Shown here: in pieces, positions 62,349 through 64,000 of the stretch | Position numbering within the stretch: the stretch's first letter is position 1 | Layout of the letters: each line of letters begins with the position of its first letter | Assembly (NCBI RefSeq): GCF_018977255.1 | Contig: NW_024704742.1 | Coordinates: 119,724,001 to 119,788,000 of the forward strand | Source: Callorhinchus milii | Lineage: Eukaryota | Direction: 5' to 3' | Length of the DNA stretch: 64,000 nucleotides | Notes under the pieces: model-generated | Database searches by the model: none | What the model was told of the DNA's origin: nothing | What the model saw: the letters and a program-made list of their open reading frames with translations, nothing else | Position numbers and translations under genes: made by a program

Positions 62349-63075
62349 GTAAGTAAACCCTTGGGAGATGAAAAGCATTGATGTATTTATCAGTTGTATC
62401 TTGCAGCAAATATATACTGGCCCAAATATGTCTTGTTTACAAGTTCTAAGCATTGAAAAGGAGCATCTCTGAGTTTATTCATACTCTCTTTCTCTAACAC
62501 AGTCACTACACTTTACAGTCAATTCTTGCGAAGCGTTTTGAGACATCTCAGCAATGTGATAATCTGCTATATCAAACACAATTATAGGATTTTTATTACT
62601 CAGATCAAAATAGGCCAAAATAATAATAATAATAATAATATCAGGGGTAATTTCAAAATACATTTTAACCTATTTCTTAATTAATTAAAGACCAGAAATG
62701 TGTTTAGGATAACCACAATTTTAACATAATTATAACTAGATTTACTGTAAAATGCATCATAGGTGCACATTCAAATTAATAATTATGTCATATCGTGAAC
62801 GTTCTTTTTATGCCATTGAGAGTGCATATAATTTTCATAACATGACTGGGCTCAAGAATGGAAATATGTCTGGTCAAAATTTTGGTGCAAGTCACTGTTG
62901 TCACTGCCACGAGTAACAATTTGATACCTTTTCCTTCTTTAACATCGCTAACACCGATTTGGTATTAAATACACTGATTTTTTTGCACTTTTTCTGCTGT
63001 GGAATTCCTCCTTAACAACTCTTAACAATTCCACAAAAGATTCAAAGGCCCCTTCCCATAATAAGAAATAAAATT

Positions 63076-63408
63076 GACCTGGGTTTGATTCCAGGCAGGG
63101 CGAAATATTGGGTAAGTTTCCTTACTCCACACTCTACTGTTTACATAGCAGTAAGTAGGAACCCAGTTGTTAGACGATTGGCGGATTGCTTTTCTGGGGG
63201 TAATAGTTCCTTAAAAAAAATAGTATATTGATCACTTCAATCCTCGACTATTTGTGGGACACTGCTGTGTGCAATTGCCTGCTGCGTTTCGCCCACAGAA
63301 TACACAGTTAATTCACTTCACAGTATATTTTGTGAAGTGCTTTGAGTTGTCTCGAAGATGTGATAAGGCGCTATATTAAATGCAAGGATTATTATTATTA
63401 TTATTATA
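63076..63408 (+). mobile_element. Deu-domain SINE (long variant, 5'-truncated) in intron 5
   Basis: B-box onward, core and (att)n tail; the tail is partly repeated to ~63450. Confidence 0.88.
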
Positions 63409-63952
63409 GGCGTTATATCAAATACAAGGCTTATTACCATTATTATTATTTTGTGCTGGATAGGAATTTCAGAGACAGCCCTGAAAAATGTGTTAGGGTA
63501 TTGTGAAAGTCTGATATTAATAACAGTAATCTGCATTTATACCGACTCTTTCATGTAAAAATAAGTGCTTTGAAGCACTTTACAAAATCATTAGATTAGA
63601 AAGAAAGCGAATGTACCTAGGCAAAAGAAGGAGCTGATCTGCACTGGCAAAAGCCCATAAATAACAATCAAATGAGCAGTCGATATCAATGCAGCCTTGT
63701 TAAAATACGTTTCAATAACAGCGCAGATTCATTTATAACATGAATGGTGTGTGGTCCCCAAACATTATGTATGTTAGTGCTCCGAGACGCTATCTGCATG
63801 TAGAGCGCAATATAAATGCATGTTGTTGTTGTTGTATATGCCAGGCCAGCCAGTTTGATTCCTGCATTAAAAATGTCCAGGTCATTAAGTTGCCACTGAC
63901 ATCACCTCCTGCACATTGTAATGCATAACAACAACAACAAGATTCCATTTAT

Positions 63953-64000
63953 AACATAAGAACATAAGAAATGCTAGACAAAAAAAGACCAAGTCCATCT
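63953..64000 (-). mobile_element. CR1 3' tail at the window edge
   Basis: aacataagaacataagaaatgctagac...agaccaag, as at 18888. Confidence 0.7.

Overview
Vertebrate genomic DNA, most likely from a cartilaginous fish (inferred from the repeat content: shark/chimaera-type CR1 LINEs, L2 LINEs with (TTG)n tails, tRNA-headed Deu-domain SINEs with (ATT)n tails and Penelope-like elements). Much of the window is transposon-derived, and nearly all ORFs in the supplied track are LINE/SINE fragments or chance ORFs. The one host gene I can support is largely missed by the ORF track. Five + strand exons (50338-50383, 50802-50852, 58833-58944, 60642-60796, 62218-62348) have GT-AG sites and compatible phases (1,1,2,1,0). 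They splice into a signal peptide plus the first ~1.5 FN3 domains of a class I cytokine receptor with no N-terminal Ig domain, most like IL12RB1; the gene runs off the right end. The upstream ~50 kb has no recognisable coding exon. It holds a Harbinger transposase fossil, Penelope ends carrying minimal hammerhead-ribozyme motifs, three MITEs, a ~1.4 kb local duplication, a 109-bp near-perfect inverted repeat, CTCF/IRF/GAS motifs and repeat-free CNE-like islands. I see no evidence of a wholly new multi-gene system. Repeat boundaries are by eye (about +/-10-30 bp); exon coordinates were counted exactly. Family assignments come from motif recognition, not database searches.
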